40,000 bases of DNA from Marinisporobacter sp. Lineage in GTDB: Bacteria > Bacillota > Clostridia > Peptostreptococcales > Thermotaleaceae. The position numbers were made by a program, and so were the translations under genes. This document shows positions 26,329 to 34,412 of this stretch, piece after piece. A model generated the notes under the pieces. It did not search any database and had not been told where the DNA came from. It saw nothing but the letters and a program-made list of their open reading frames with translations. Position 1 is the stretch's first letter, and the number at the start of each line of letters is the position of its first letter. The stretch spans positions 66,646-106,645 of the forward strand of contig JAOARV010000031.1 in assembly GCA_025210395.1 (NCBI GenBank). The letters run 5' to 3'.

Positions 26329-26841
26329 AATATTTACTTCTGTAAATTGTAAAATCATACTGTTTTTCAATATTCTTATCATTTTCGTAATGGCTTTATT
26401 TTTTATTGCTCTACATTGTCTTTCCTCTATATTGATTTGAAAAGTAATATATCTCCAAATTTTCTTTTCAATATATTTCATTTGAATAATTTGCTTTTCA
26501 ATATCTGTCAAGCTTTCTATTGCGTTGTAGATTCTTTGTAAAAATCTCTCTACATGTCTTTTTTCAAATTCAAGCAAATCGATCTTGTGCTGGATTTCAA
26601 AATCCTTTACAGCTTGTATTTCTGTTTTCGAAAAAAAGCTATTGGTCTTAATAAAATTTTCATAATCTATTCCTTTTAAACTTAAATACTTCATATCTTT
26701 TAAATCTGCAATTTGTAATTCTATTTCTTTTATTTTTGCTTCATATTGCTTTAAGTTCTTTAATATGTTTTCAACACTTTTCATATTTAAACTTTTTTCA
26801 TTTTTACTTTGTATATTTTGTTCTAATGCTTGTGCATACAT
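26308..26841 (-). CDS. Phage late-gene transcriptional regulator, sigma-70 region-4 / ArpU-RinA-like
   Basis: 177 aa. C-terminus LTDIEKQIIQMKYIEKKIWRYITFQINIEERQCRAIKNKAITKMIRIL looks like a region-4 type HTH. First gene of the cluster. Confidence 0.5.
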   Translation of the reverse strand: MYAQALEQNIQSKNEKSLNMKSVENILKNLKQYEAKIKEIELQIADLKDMKYLSLKGIDYENFIKTNSFFSKTEIQAVKDFEIQHKIDLLEFEKRHVERFLQRIYNAIESLTDIEKQIIQMKYIEKKIWRYITFQINIEERQCRAIKNKAITKMIRILKNSMILQFTEVNIPKNCRN

Positions 26842-26934
26842 TACTCATCACCACCAAAATTTTTTTGTTTATAAAGAATTCAAATATAAATAAATCCATG
26901 TCATTTATCAATCATTTCGTTCCATCAAACTTTT

Positions 26935-26996
26935 GTTATTTTAGAGTATACTATACATTTTTTCATAAAATTGGCATATATTCGGCACTTTTCCGG
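26935..26996 (-). promoter_or_regulatory. Conserved 62-nt promoter-like module, copy A (upstream of the regulator gene)
   Basis: - strand: CCGGAAAAGTGCCGAATATATGCCAATTTTATGAAAAAATGTATAGTATACTCTAAAATAAC. Contains direct CCGrAA repeats about 11 nt apart and TATACT / TAAAAT -10-like hexamers. Ends 93 nt before ATG 26841. Confidence 0.55.
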
Positions 26997-27030
26997 AGAT
27001 TTCATAACAATCATAAAGTGCCTATAGAAA

Positions 27031-27061
27031 ATTATACCATATTTTTTCGAACAAGTGTTCT
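27031..27061 (-). promoter_or_regulatory. Extended -10 promoter (TGgTATAAT) with an overlapping LexA/Cheo box, facing the regulator gene
   Basis: + strand CGAACAAGTGTTCT (27048..27061) matches the Cheo box CGAACRNRYGTTYC at 13 of 14 positions. On the - strand it sits over the -35 region of TGGTATAAT (27039..27031). Confidence 0.6.
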
Positions 27062-27092
27062 ATTTTTAGTATTTTTCTATAAAAAAAATAGA

Positions 27093-27122
27093 TTTACAAA
27101 TATAACCATAATCTTATATAAG
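27093..27122 (+). promoter_or_regulatory. Possible sigma-A promoter of the ytrA-like/ABC operon
   Basis: TTTACA (27093..27098), 18 nt, TATAAG (27117..27122), about 35 nt upstream of ATG 27156. Confidence 0.35.
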
Positions 27123-27155
27123 GTATATACAATTTAAAAACAAAAGAGGGTTTTT

Positions 27156-27496
27156 ATGACTATTATTATTTCTAATGCATCACAAGATCCAATCTATAAA
27201 CAGATTACAAAGCAAATAAAAAATCTTATTTTAAATGGTGAATTAGAGCCTGAAAAAATACTTCCTTCCATAAGACGCTTAGCAAAAGAGCTTATGAAGA
27301 GCTTAAAAAGAAAGGTTTTATTGAAACCGTTGCAGGAAAAGGACCCTTTGTGGCTCATCAGAATAAAGAGCTTTTAAAAGAGTAGCGTCTAAAAATTATT
27401 GAAGAAAAGCTAACAGAAGTTGTTACAAAAAACAAAGTATTAAATATTAGTCTCGAAGAATTAAAAGAAATGATTACTCTTTTATATGAAGAGTAA
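27156..27496 (+). pseudogene. GntR-family (YtrA-subfamily) transcriptional regulator, disrupted by a frameshifting deletion in the wHTH and an in-frame TAG
   Basis: Frame 1 reads MTIIISNASQDPIYKQITKQIKNLILNGELEPEKILPSIRRLAKEL, then nonsense. Frame +1 continues AYEELKKKGFIETVAGKGPFVAHQNKELLKE, then TAG (27383..27385), then RLKIIEEKLTEVV...LLYEE*. The roughly 9-10 aa recognition-helix segment expected between LAKEL and AYEEL is missing at about 27290. Confidence 0.7.
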
Positions 27497-27537
27497 CTAT
27501 TTTAGGTAAAAACTTGGCACTTATTGGAGGTTATATC

Positions 27538-28398
27538 ATGGAAAATATTTTAGAGGTTCAAAATGTAAATAAATCTTTTAAAGATTTTAACTTGAAAAAT
27601 ATAAATTTCAACTTAGAAAAAGGATATATTATGGGGTTTATCGGTCCAAATGGTGCTGGAAAAACTACTACTATCAAGCTCATTATGAACCTTATGAAAA
27701 GAGATAGTGGTACAATCAAAATTTTTGGACTTGATAATATAAAAGATGAACAAAGCATAAAAAATAGAATAGGCTTTGTTTATGATGAAAATTACTTTTA
27801 TGAGGATATTAACCTATTAGAAATGAAAAAAATTATTGCTCCCTTTTATTCAAAATGGGATGATAAAATCTTCAATCATTATATTTCACGATTTAATTTG
27901 CCCTTAAAAAAGAAAATCAAAAATCTTTCAAAGGGAATGAAAATGAAATATTCTTTAGCCATTGCTCTTTCTCATAATGCAGATTTTATTATGATGGATG
28001 AACCCACTTCAGGTCTTGATCCTATTTTTAGAAGTGAACTTTTAGAAATATTATCCGATCTTTTACAAGATGAAAATAAGGGAATTCTTTTTTCAACACA
28101 TATTACAACCGATTTAGATAAAATTGCAGATTATATTACGTTTATTAATAAGGGAGAAATTGTTTTTAGTAAACCAAAGGATGATTTACTTGAAAACTAC
28201 GGAATCATAAAAGGTCCTAAAGAAATGATTGATCAGGACATAAAAAAAGAATTTATAGGAATTCAACAAAATCATTTCGGTTTCGAAGGTTTGACTCAAA
28301 ATATCAATAGAGCACGTCAAATTTTTAAAGATTCAGTTATCATTGAAAAACCTTCTTTAGAAGATATTATGCTTTATACAGTAAGGGGGAGTCTATAA
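27538..28398 (+). CDS. ABC transporter ATP-binding protein (YtrB-like)
   Basis: Walker A GPNGAGKTT, signature LSKGMKMK, Walker B FIMMDEPTSGLD. ATG 27538 (MENILEVQNV...) is preferred, 7 nt after GGAGG. The track starts at TTG 27514. Confidence 0.9.
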   Translation: MENILEVQNVNKSFKDFNLKNINFNLEKGYIMGFIGPNGAGKTTTIKLIMNLMKRDSGTIKIFGLDNIKDEQSIKNRIGFVYDENYFYEDINLLEMKKIIAPFYSKWDDKIFNHYISRFNLPLKKKIKNLSKGMKMKYSLAIALSHNADFIMMDEPTSGLDPIFRSELLEILSDLLQDENKGILFSTHITTDLDKIADYITFINKGEIVFSKPKDDLLENYGIIKGPKEMIDQDIKKEFIGIQQNHFGFEGLTQNINRARQIFKDSVIIEKPSLEDIMLYTVRGSL

Positions 28399-29039
28399 TG
28401 TTTCACCTAATCATGAAAGATATACGTATTCAAAAGAAAACTTTTCTCTTAGTGTTTTTTTATTCTATATTTATGTTTTTTTTCTTTGAGCAATCTGATG
28501 CTCAAAAGTCTATATATACTGTAATGGGATCAATCATTGCTTATATGTTTATTTTAAGAGCAGCCTTCTTTGATGAAAAAAATAAAAGTGAGCTCCTTTT
28601 ATTAAGCTTACCCATCAAAAAACATTATATTGTTATTGCAAAATATTTATCGGCATTCCTTTTTTGCACAATATCACTTATCCTATCAGGAGGTGTAGGT
28701 GCAATCCTTCATATAACTGGAATCCTAATAAATTTACCATTGATTCGTTTTATAAATATTTTCACTACCTTTATTAGCCTAGGAATATTGATATCAATTT
28801 ATTATCCTTTATATTTTAAGTTTGGTTCTACTAATACGAGACTTTTAAATGTATTCTGGTTTCTAATAGCTTTTTCTGTTCCTAAGCTTTTAGCTGAAAA
28901 TAAAAATATTCAACTCATAAGCTTTATAAAGCATATACATCCACTGGGGTTAAGCTTATTCGTCATATTGATCCTTATTATCCTATTGATGATTTCTTTA
29001 TTCGTATCTCTTAAAATTTATAAGAATAAAGATTTCTAA
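28398..29039 (+). CDS. ABC-2-type transporter membrane protein
   Basis: 213 aa, about 6 TM. Start overlaps the ATPase stop (TAATG). Confidence 0.7.
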   Translation: MFHLIMKDIRIQKKTFLLVFFYSIFMFFFFEQSDAQKSIYTVMGSIIAYMFILRAAFFDEKNKSELLLLSLPIKKHYIVIAKYLSAFLFCTISLILSGGVGAILHITGILINLPLIRFINIFTTFISLGILISIYYPLYFKFGSTNTRLLNVFWFLIAFSVPKLLAENKNIQLISFIKHIHPLGLSLFVILILIILLMISLFVSLKIYKNKDF

Positions 29040-29236
29040 AATATATTATTTAAAACAACTATTCATATGTAAATTTTATATGATTTGGACAATATTTGTT
29101 GATTTTGTTCATCAAAAATACTTTAATAAGGCTAATCAACTTTTTAATCTGTTATCTTAAATTTTTCACTTTAACGCTTATGGATAACTATTGCAAAATA
29201 GTTATTTGTAATAAATATTATATTGGAGGGATATGA

Positions 29237-30286
29237 ATGAAAAACAAAAAGATTGCTTTACTGATGATACTTATATTTATAGTATCTATGACCATGACAT
29301 CTATGGCAGAAGAAATTACAAAGGACGGTTTAACTGCATCAGAAATGTTAATTCAATCAAATGATGCATTCACTAACCAATACACAACTTTCAAAGTCAA
29401 CGGTACGATGAGCATGAACACAAAAACTACAGGTTCTATGATGACTAAAAAGCCTGATCCAAACAATGAAGGTCAATTTATTGAAGAAGAAAAAAAAATA
29501 AATGAAAATGTAGACATGACTATGAGCCAAGAAGGAATATTTGAAAAGCCTGAAAAATTATATATGAAAACTACCTTTTCTACAAAAAATGTTCCAGAAA
29601 AAAAAATACCACCATCTTCTGAAATGATTATGGATCAAGGGGTTATGTATACCCGCATTGAAGGAAAAATAAAATGGGTAAAAATTGACATGAATCCTAT
29701 GATGCGAGAAATAAAAAAAATTACGGGTACTGATGGAACAAGTATGAATATGACTAAAGAACAAATGGAGTTATTAGGTATGTATGCTTCTTATGATGAA
29801 AATAAAGTAATTGATGGCAAAGAATATTATGTCATCAATATAAATATGGATAGTGCTGCTTTAAAAGAAATAACTAGCAAAGCAATGGATAAAATATATG
29901 ATCAATTTGGAAAAGTAATAGAAGAAGCTGAAAAAATCGAAGCTCAAAAAGCTAAAGAAACACAAACTAAAGCTAAAACAAAAACAACTGAAACAACACC
30001 AGAACAAATTCACCAAAAGCCAAAAATGGATAAAGAAACATTAAAGCAACAAATGCAAGAAATGTTTTCTAAAATGAATATGAATATTACTTATAAGTAC
30101 TATATCAATAAAGAAACTAAAATGTATGAATTCATGGATATTGCACAAACAATGGATATGACAATGGGTAAAATACATATGCAAACAACATCTACTGGTA
30201 CATATAAATATTATGACTTCAATAAAGAAGTTACTTTCCCTGTAATCAATGCTGAAGATCTTCAAAATATGAGTCCATTACAATAG
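29237..30286 (+). CDS. Secreted methionine-rich protein of unknown function
   Basis: 349 aa. Sec-type signal peptide MKNKKIALLMILIFIVSMTMTSMA/EE with no lipobox Cys. 37 Met of 349 residues by my count. Central K/T/E/Q-rich linker. RBS GGAGGGA. Confidence 0.6.
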   Translation: MKNKKIALLMILIFIVSMTMTSMAEEITKDGLTASEMLIQSNDAFTNQYTTFKVNGTMSMNTKTTGSMMTKKPDPNNEGQFIEEEKKINENVDMTMSQEGIFEKPEKLYMKTTFSTKNVPEKKIPPSSEMIMDQGVMYTRIEGKIKWVKIDMNPMMREIKKITGTDGTSMNMTKEQMELLGMYASYDENKVIDGKEYYVININMDSAALKEITSKAMDKIYDQFGKVIEEAEKIEAQKAKETQTKAKTKTTETTPEQIHQKPKMDKETLKQQMQEMFSKMNMNITYKYYINKETKMYEFMDIAQTMDMTMGKIHMQTTSTGTYKYYDFNKEVTFPVINAEDLQNMSPLQ

Positions 30287-30294
30287 ATTCATTT

Positions 30295-30336
30295 AGGGGG
30301 TTAGATACAATTTATTTTCTCTAACTCCCTTTTTTC
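30295..30336 (+). terminator. Rho-independent terminator
   Basis: AGGGGGTTAGA, 14-nt loop, TCTAACTCCCT (one G-U pair), followed by TTTTTC. Confidence 0.7.
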
Positions 30337-30367
30337 TTCTCTTCAAAAGCATATATTTAAAGTTCTA

Positions 30368-30856
30368 TCATTTATTCAACTGCCAGATAGAAAAATTCAA
30401 AATAGCTGCAAAGGCTACCCATAATATATACGGAATCATTAAATATCCTGCTGTCTTATCTAATCTATAGAATTTCACGGTGGTTATTATGATCAGCACG
30501 AGAAGTACTAATAGTTCAATAAATGCTAATCCTCTTAACCCAACACCAAAGAATAAAATGGACCAAAAGAAATTAAATACAAGCTGTAGCCCATAGTAAA
30601 ATAGCGCATTTTTCACCTCTTTTTTTTCTGCTCCAAGCATCCAAATTCTATAACTTGCAATCCCCATTAATAAATAAAGAATCACCCACGCTATGGGAAA
30701 AACCCATGCAGGAGGAGCAAAGCTAGGTTGTATCAAATCTCGATACATATCTGAAGAACCTCTTGTTAAAAATCCACTAAGAATCCCTACAAGCTGAGGT
30801 ATAAATATAGAAACAATCAAAGCAAATAAATTTCTCTTTCCTTTCACTTTAAACAT
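30368..30856 (-). CDS. tspO: TspO/MBR family tryptophan-rich sensory protein
   Basis: 162 aa, 5 TM. FAPPAWVFPIAWVILYLLMGIASY and W-rich helices. Confidence 0.85.
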   Translation of the reverse strand: MFKVKGKRNLFALIVSIFIPQLVGILSGFLTRGSSDMYRDLIQPSFAPPAWVFPIAWVILYLLMGIASYRIWMLGAEKKEVKNALFYYGLQLVFNFFWSILFFGVGLRGLAFIELLVLLVLIIITTVKFYRLDKTAGYLMIPYILWVAFAAILNFSIWQLNK

Positions 30857-31030
30857 CTAATCCCTCCATTTCATGTACTATTTTAATATGATTTTATGTC
30901 TATATATAAATATTATGCTTATCTTTTTTCTAAAATTTCCAGGGAAATAAATGTAATTGATATATCGTGTTATAATTGTTAATATATAGATATATTCATT
31001 TCTCTATTCATTCAACAGAAGGAGGTAAAC

Positions 31031-33355
31031 ATGAAACATATTACATTAAAGATGAAATATTCACTTGTTTTTATTTTAATCGTTGTTATTGGTTTTTCAA
31101 GTTTTTATATTTTCTGTCCTGATATATTTTATACAATTGGAAAAACCTATGAAAAACTAGGAAAACATCATATTGCTAATATTTATTATGATAAGATTCT
31201 AAAAATCAATCCCAAAAGTCCATTAGCATCCTTTACTACAGAACGAAAATTTTTAAAAATATTATCTAGTAAAGACTTTAACTTTTTAAAAGGTTTTGTA
31301 TCCTTAAGCGCTGGGAGTTCTGGAATGAGTGGGTATAGAATTTCTCAAGAGGATTTAGAAAAGTTGAATGATCAATACGAAAAAGTCATCAACGGTTCTT
31401 TAGATAAAGATTTACATTTAAAGCTACAACTTGATGTTGCTTTATTAAATTGGTTTGGAGGAAAGCCTTATAAGTCTATTGAAATATTGAAGCAACAAAG
31501 TGAAGGTACTGATCCAATGCTTTTAGATTACCAAAAGCTATATTTATCTTGTATGTATCTCATGACGGGTAATCTGGAGAAAATCCCCACTCTTGTGAAT
31601 GAAGAAAACATTTATACCTTTAGTAAACCCCTCCAGGATAAAGCTTCCTCAGTGTTAGCTTATTATTATTTTTTACTTAATGATCATCAACAATTTAAGC
31701 AATATATAAAAGAATATAATTATCAAAATTATTCTTCCTTATCATCAGAATACAAAGTCTATGGAAAGCTTTTAGATATAGAACTAGCTACAGGAGATTT
31801 AAAAAGAGCTCTTGAAAAAAATAAGTCTCTACCTTCTTACAAGGGATCTATTCATGGCAAAATGACACTAGATAGTAACCCCTTTCCCTATCAAATCATT
31901 ATCCTAAAAAAATATGATGATACTCGCTGGTCTAGTAACCCTTGGACGAATGATTATGTATCTATGAGCATTACAGGAAAAAATGGTGATTTTTCTTTTA
32001 AAAACATTCCTTCCGGAGTTTATACCTTATTAACTTATGTTCCTTGGCCTTTGGTAAAAGATAAAAATTTCAAAATAAATGGTCCAAGGTTTATTGATCT
32101 AAAACATCATCAAAAACAAAATATCAATATAGCTTTTGAATCTAAACTATCTATCAAAAAAGTTATTCAAGATGGTAACTTACTTACTTTTGAATTTGAT
32201 AAAGTAAAGGATGCTGATTACTATAGACTAGAAATGGGAGAAGTTTATAATAAAAATGGCTTTAATCAAGTAGCATATACTTATTATTCTGATACTTTTA
32301 CAACAAATCATATTACCATAGATCCCAATAAAAATAGGGAAAAAATGAGTGGTGGAATCAGATGGGATGATAAAGGCATCAATCCTTATGATGTTTTTGG
32401 TGCCTTCTATCATGAAGGAAATTATACCTATAAAATTACAGCCTTCAATGAAAATGGAATTATAGGAGACAGCTTTGGCATATGGTCAAATAGTAAATAT
32501 CCCACTATTTCTATTTCTGGTGCATCCTATACAAAGGCTGATCAGCTTCTTATAAAACAATTTTATGATGCAGCTATAAAATCTTATAAAAATAACCTTA
32601 AGCAAAATCCAAAGGATCCCCATGCACTTCGAGTATTATCAAGATTATATACCTTAGGATATCTTCCAGCTCATCGTTTTCAAGATGAAAAAGAAATAGG
32701 TGTAGATATAAAAAAGGCTATCTACTATACAGAAAAACTAGTATCCTTAGCCCCTAATAAAAAATTGAGTCAAGAACTTGGTGATTTATATATGAAAAAT
32801 AAAGAATACGATAAAGCTTTATCTCTTTTTCAAAAGCTAAAGCCCAAAGATTATTCTATTTACACCTCTATGGCAAAAATCTATAAATGGAGAGGTGATT
32901 TTAATAAAGCTTTAGAAAATTATTATGCATCCTTAGAAGAATTAGATTATGCTGTAGATGACATTCTAACTATTGAAATGTTAATAGGACATCATGAAAA
33001 GCTACCATCTATTGCAAGATTATATAATCATGAATCAGAATATATAGACTATGTAGATACTATTCAAGCTTCTTTAAAATATCTTCAATCTACAGGATAT
33101 GCTGATTTTTATAAAGAGATGAATAATGGAAACATAGACATAGGAGAGAAAATATTATCTCAAAAAAAAGATCGCCTCTCTTATTTCTATAAAGCCTTGC
33201 TACTTTTAGTAGAAGACACTGACAGAAAAAGTAAAGAAACAGAATATACATCCAATTATCATAAATTTATGGCAAAATATTCTGCATCTCATCCCCTCAC
33301 CAAGCTATTAAGAATTTTAGGAAAAGAGAGTTTTGGATCAGATTTTGGAGAGTAG
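31031..33355 (+). CDS. Membrane-anchored TPR-repeat protein with a central beta-sandwich-like segment
   Basis: 774 aa. N-terminal TM (LVFILIVVIGFSSFYIF). TPR-like repeats (YEKLGKHHIANIYYDKILKINPKSP; LGDLYMKNKEYDKALSLFQKL; AKIYKWRGDFNKALENY). GKNGDFSFKNIPSGVYTL resembles a carboxypeptidase-regulatory-like fold. Confidence 0.55.
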   Translation: MKHITLKMKYSLVFILIVVIGFSSFYIFCPDIFYTIGKTYEKLGKHHIANIYYDKILKINPKSPLASFTTERKFLKILSSKDFNFLKGFVSLSAGSSGMSGYRISQEDLEKLNDQYEKVINGSLDKDLHLKLQLDVALLNWFGGKPYKSIEILKQQSEGTDPMLLDYQKLYLSCMYLMTGNLEKIPTLVNEENIYTFSKPLQDKASSVLAYYYFLLNDHQQFKQYIKEYNYQNYSSLSSEYKVYGKLLDIELATGDLKRALEKNKSLPSYKGSIHGKMTLDSNPFPYQIIILKKYDDTRWSSNPWTNDYVSMSITGKNGDFSFKNIPSGVYTLLTYVPWPLVKDKNFKINGPRFIDLKHHQKQNINIAFESKLSIKKVIQDGNLLTFEFDKVKDADYYRLEMGEVYNKNGFNQVAYTYYSDTFTTNHITIDPNKNREKMSGGIRWDDKGINPYDVFGAFYHEGNYTYKITAFNENGIIGDSFGIWSNSKYPTISISGASYTKADQLLIKQFYDAAIKSYKNNLKQNPKDPHALRVLSRLYTLGYLPAHRFQDEKEIGVDIKKAIYYTEKLVSLAPNKKLSQELGDLYMKNKEYDKALSLFQKLKPKDYSIYTSMAKIYKWRGDFNKALENYYASLEELDYAVDDILTIEMLIGHHEKLPSIARLYNHESEYIDYVDTIQASLKYLQSTGYADFYKEMNNGNIDIGEKILSQKKDRLSYFYKALLLLVEDTDRKSKETEYTSNYHKFMAKYSASHPLTKLLRILGKESFGSDFGE

Positions 33356-33377
33356 AAAGCATCTACTCTTTTTTTTA
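33349..33377 (+). terminator. Rho-independent terminator
   Basis: AGAGTAGA, loop AAGCA, TCTACTCT, then T8. Overlaps the stop codon. Confidence 0.8.
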
Positions 33378-33460
33378 TACAAAATTTATTTCTAATGCAT
33401 TTTATATCCACATTTGGGATAAACTTTTATTATACTATAATAAGGAGGGATTACCATTTT

Positions 33461-34057
33461 ATGAATACTCAGATTTCTTCAGCAACTCATTCAATTGATA
33501 TAAATTCACCTAGAGCTGTTTTTGATTTTAATAAAAACTTTACAGAATATCTGAACAATTATTATACAGATGAATATAAAGACTTAGTTATTATGTGTAT
33601 TGGTACAGACCGATCAACAGGTGATTCTTTAGGCCCTTTGATTGGTTATAAATTAAAAAAACGTTTAAAAGACTATAATCATATTTTTATTCACGGAACT
33701 TTAGAAAATCCTGTCCATGCGAAAAATCTCAATGATTCTATTAATCTAGTTTATAAATCTTATAATAAACCTTTTGTTATTGCTATCGATGCATGCTTAG
33801 GAAAATTTGATAGAGTAGGACATATCACAATAGGGAATGGTCCTCTAAAGCCTGGTGCTGGTGTAAATAAAGATCTTCCTCCTGTTGGAAATATGCATAT
33901 CACAGGAATTGTAAACTTAGGCGGCTTTATGGAATATATGCTATTACAAAATACAAGATTGAATCTTGTGATGAAAATGGCTGATACTATAGCTACGGGT
34001 ATTCCCTATAGTATATGGAAATTTTTTAAAAACTCACAAAAGAGCAGGATGAACTAA
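33461..34057 (+). CDS. yyaC: Spore protease YyaC
   Basis: ATG 33461 follows AAGGAGGG (the track starts earlier at 33395). CIGTDRSTGDSLGPLIG and AIDACLG motifs of YyaC/GPR-like proteases. Ori-proximal location as in Bacillus. Confidence 0.85.
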   Translation: MNTQISSATHSIDINSPRAVFDFNKNFTEYLNNYYTDEYKDLVIMCIGTDRSTGDSLGPLIGYKLKKRLKDYNHIFIHGTLENPVHAKNLNDSINLVYKSYNKPFVIAIDACLGKFDRVGHITIGNGPLKPGAGVNKDLPPVGNMHITGIVNLGGFMEYMLLQNTRLNLVMKMADTIATGIPYSIWKFFKNSQKSRMN

Positions 34058-34076
34058 AATCGTTCATAGCTGCTCT
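34041..34076. terminator. Inverted repeat between convergent yyaC and ykuS
   Basis: AGAGCAGGATGAAC ... GTTCATAGCTGCTCT (imperfect, one bulge). No strong T-run. Confidence 0.4.
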
Positions 34077-34083
34077 AAGTTAT

Positions 34084-34350
34084 TTAAAATAAAGATTCAT
34101 ATGTTCTTTTTTCTATGGCATATATGATTTCTTTGATACTTTTATTTTTTATATTGATTACCATAGCTCCTCTATCCATATCAATAACATTATCAAAGTT
34201 ACCTAAATAACTTAATTTGCCATAATCACTATCATAAACAATAGCATCTACATAACCATCATAGTTTTCATGTACAACTTCATAGCCTCTTACTTCTAAC
34301 TCTTTTCCTATATTCTTTAACCCATCCTGTATAGCTATTACTTTTGGCAT
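34084..34350 (-). CDS. ykuS: YkuS family protein (UPF0180)
   Basis: 88 aa. MPKVIAIQDGLKNIGKELEVRGYEVV pattern. Confidence 0.6.
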   Translation of the reverse strand: MPKVIAIQDGLKNIGKELEVRGYEVVHENYDGYVDAIVYDSDYGKLSYLGNFDNVIDMDRGAMVINIKNKSIKEIIYAIEKRTYESLF

Positions 34351-34412
34351 ATAAACACCTCCTAGTTGTATTATAACTAGGAGGTATTCCTTTTATACTA
34401 TTTATAGTAAAA

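Larger units (their letters stand above)
10472..26841 (-). mobile_element. Head-less PBSX-like contractile-tail gene cluster (R-type tailocin candidate or defective prophage tail module)
   Basis: 26 co-oriented, tightly packed ORFs covering regulator, tail terminator, sheath, tube, chaperone, tape measure, hub/spike/wedge, baseplate J (x2), XkdU-like (x2), fibres (x2), XkdX (x2), GH73 hydrolase and holin. No terminase, portal, capsid, integrase or replication genes anywhere in the window. Confidence 0.8.

Noticed and set aside
10472-26841. Intact inducible prophage
   Set aside because: No integrase, repressor, replication, terminase, portal, protease or capsid genes, and no att-like flanking repeats seen. 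Only tail, lysis and one regulator gene are present, so it is treated as a tail-only element.
27514-27537. Upstream TTG start for the ABC ATPase as given in the ORF track
   Set aside because: ATG 27538 has a properly spaced GGAGG, and the N-terminus MENILEVQNV matches the usual ABC ATPase start. The upstream extension adds only 8 unconserved residues.
33404-33412. DnaA-box-like ATATCCACA upstream of yyaC
   Set aside because: A single 8 of 9 match with no cluster of boxes and no AT-rich unwinding element context. Not evidence for oriC in this window.
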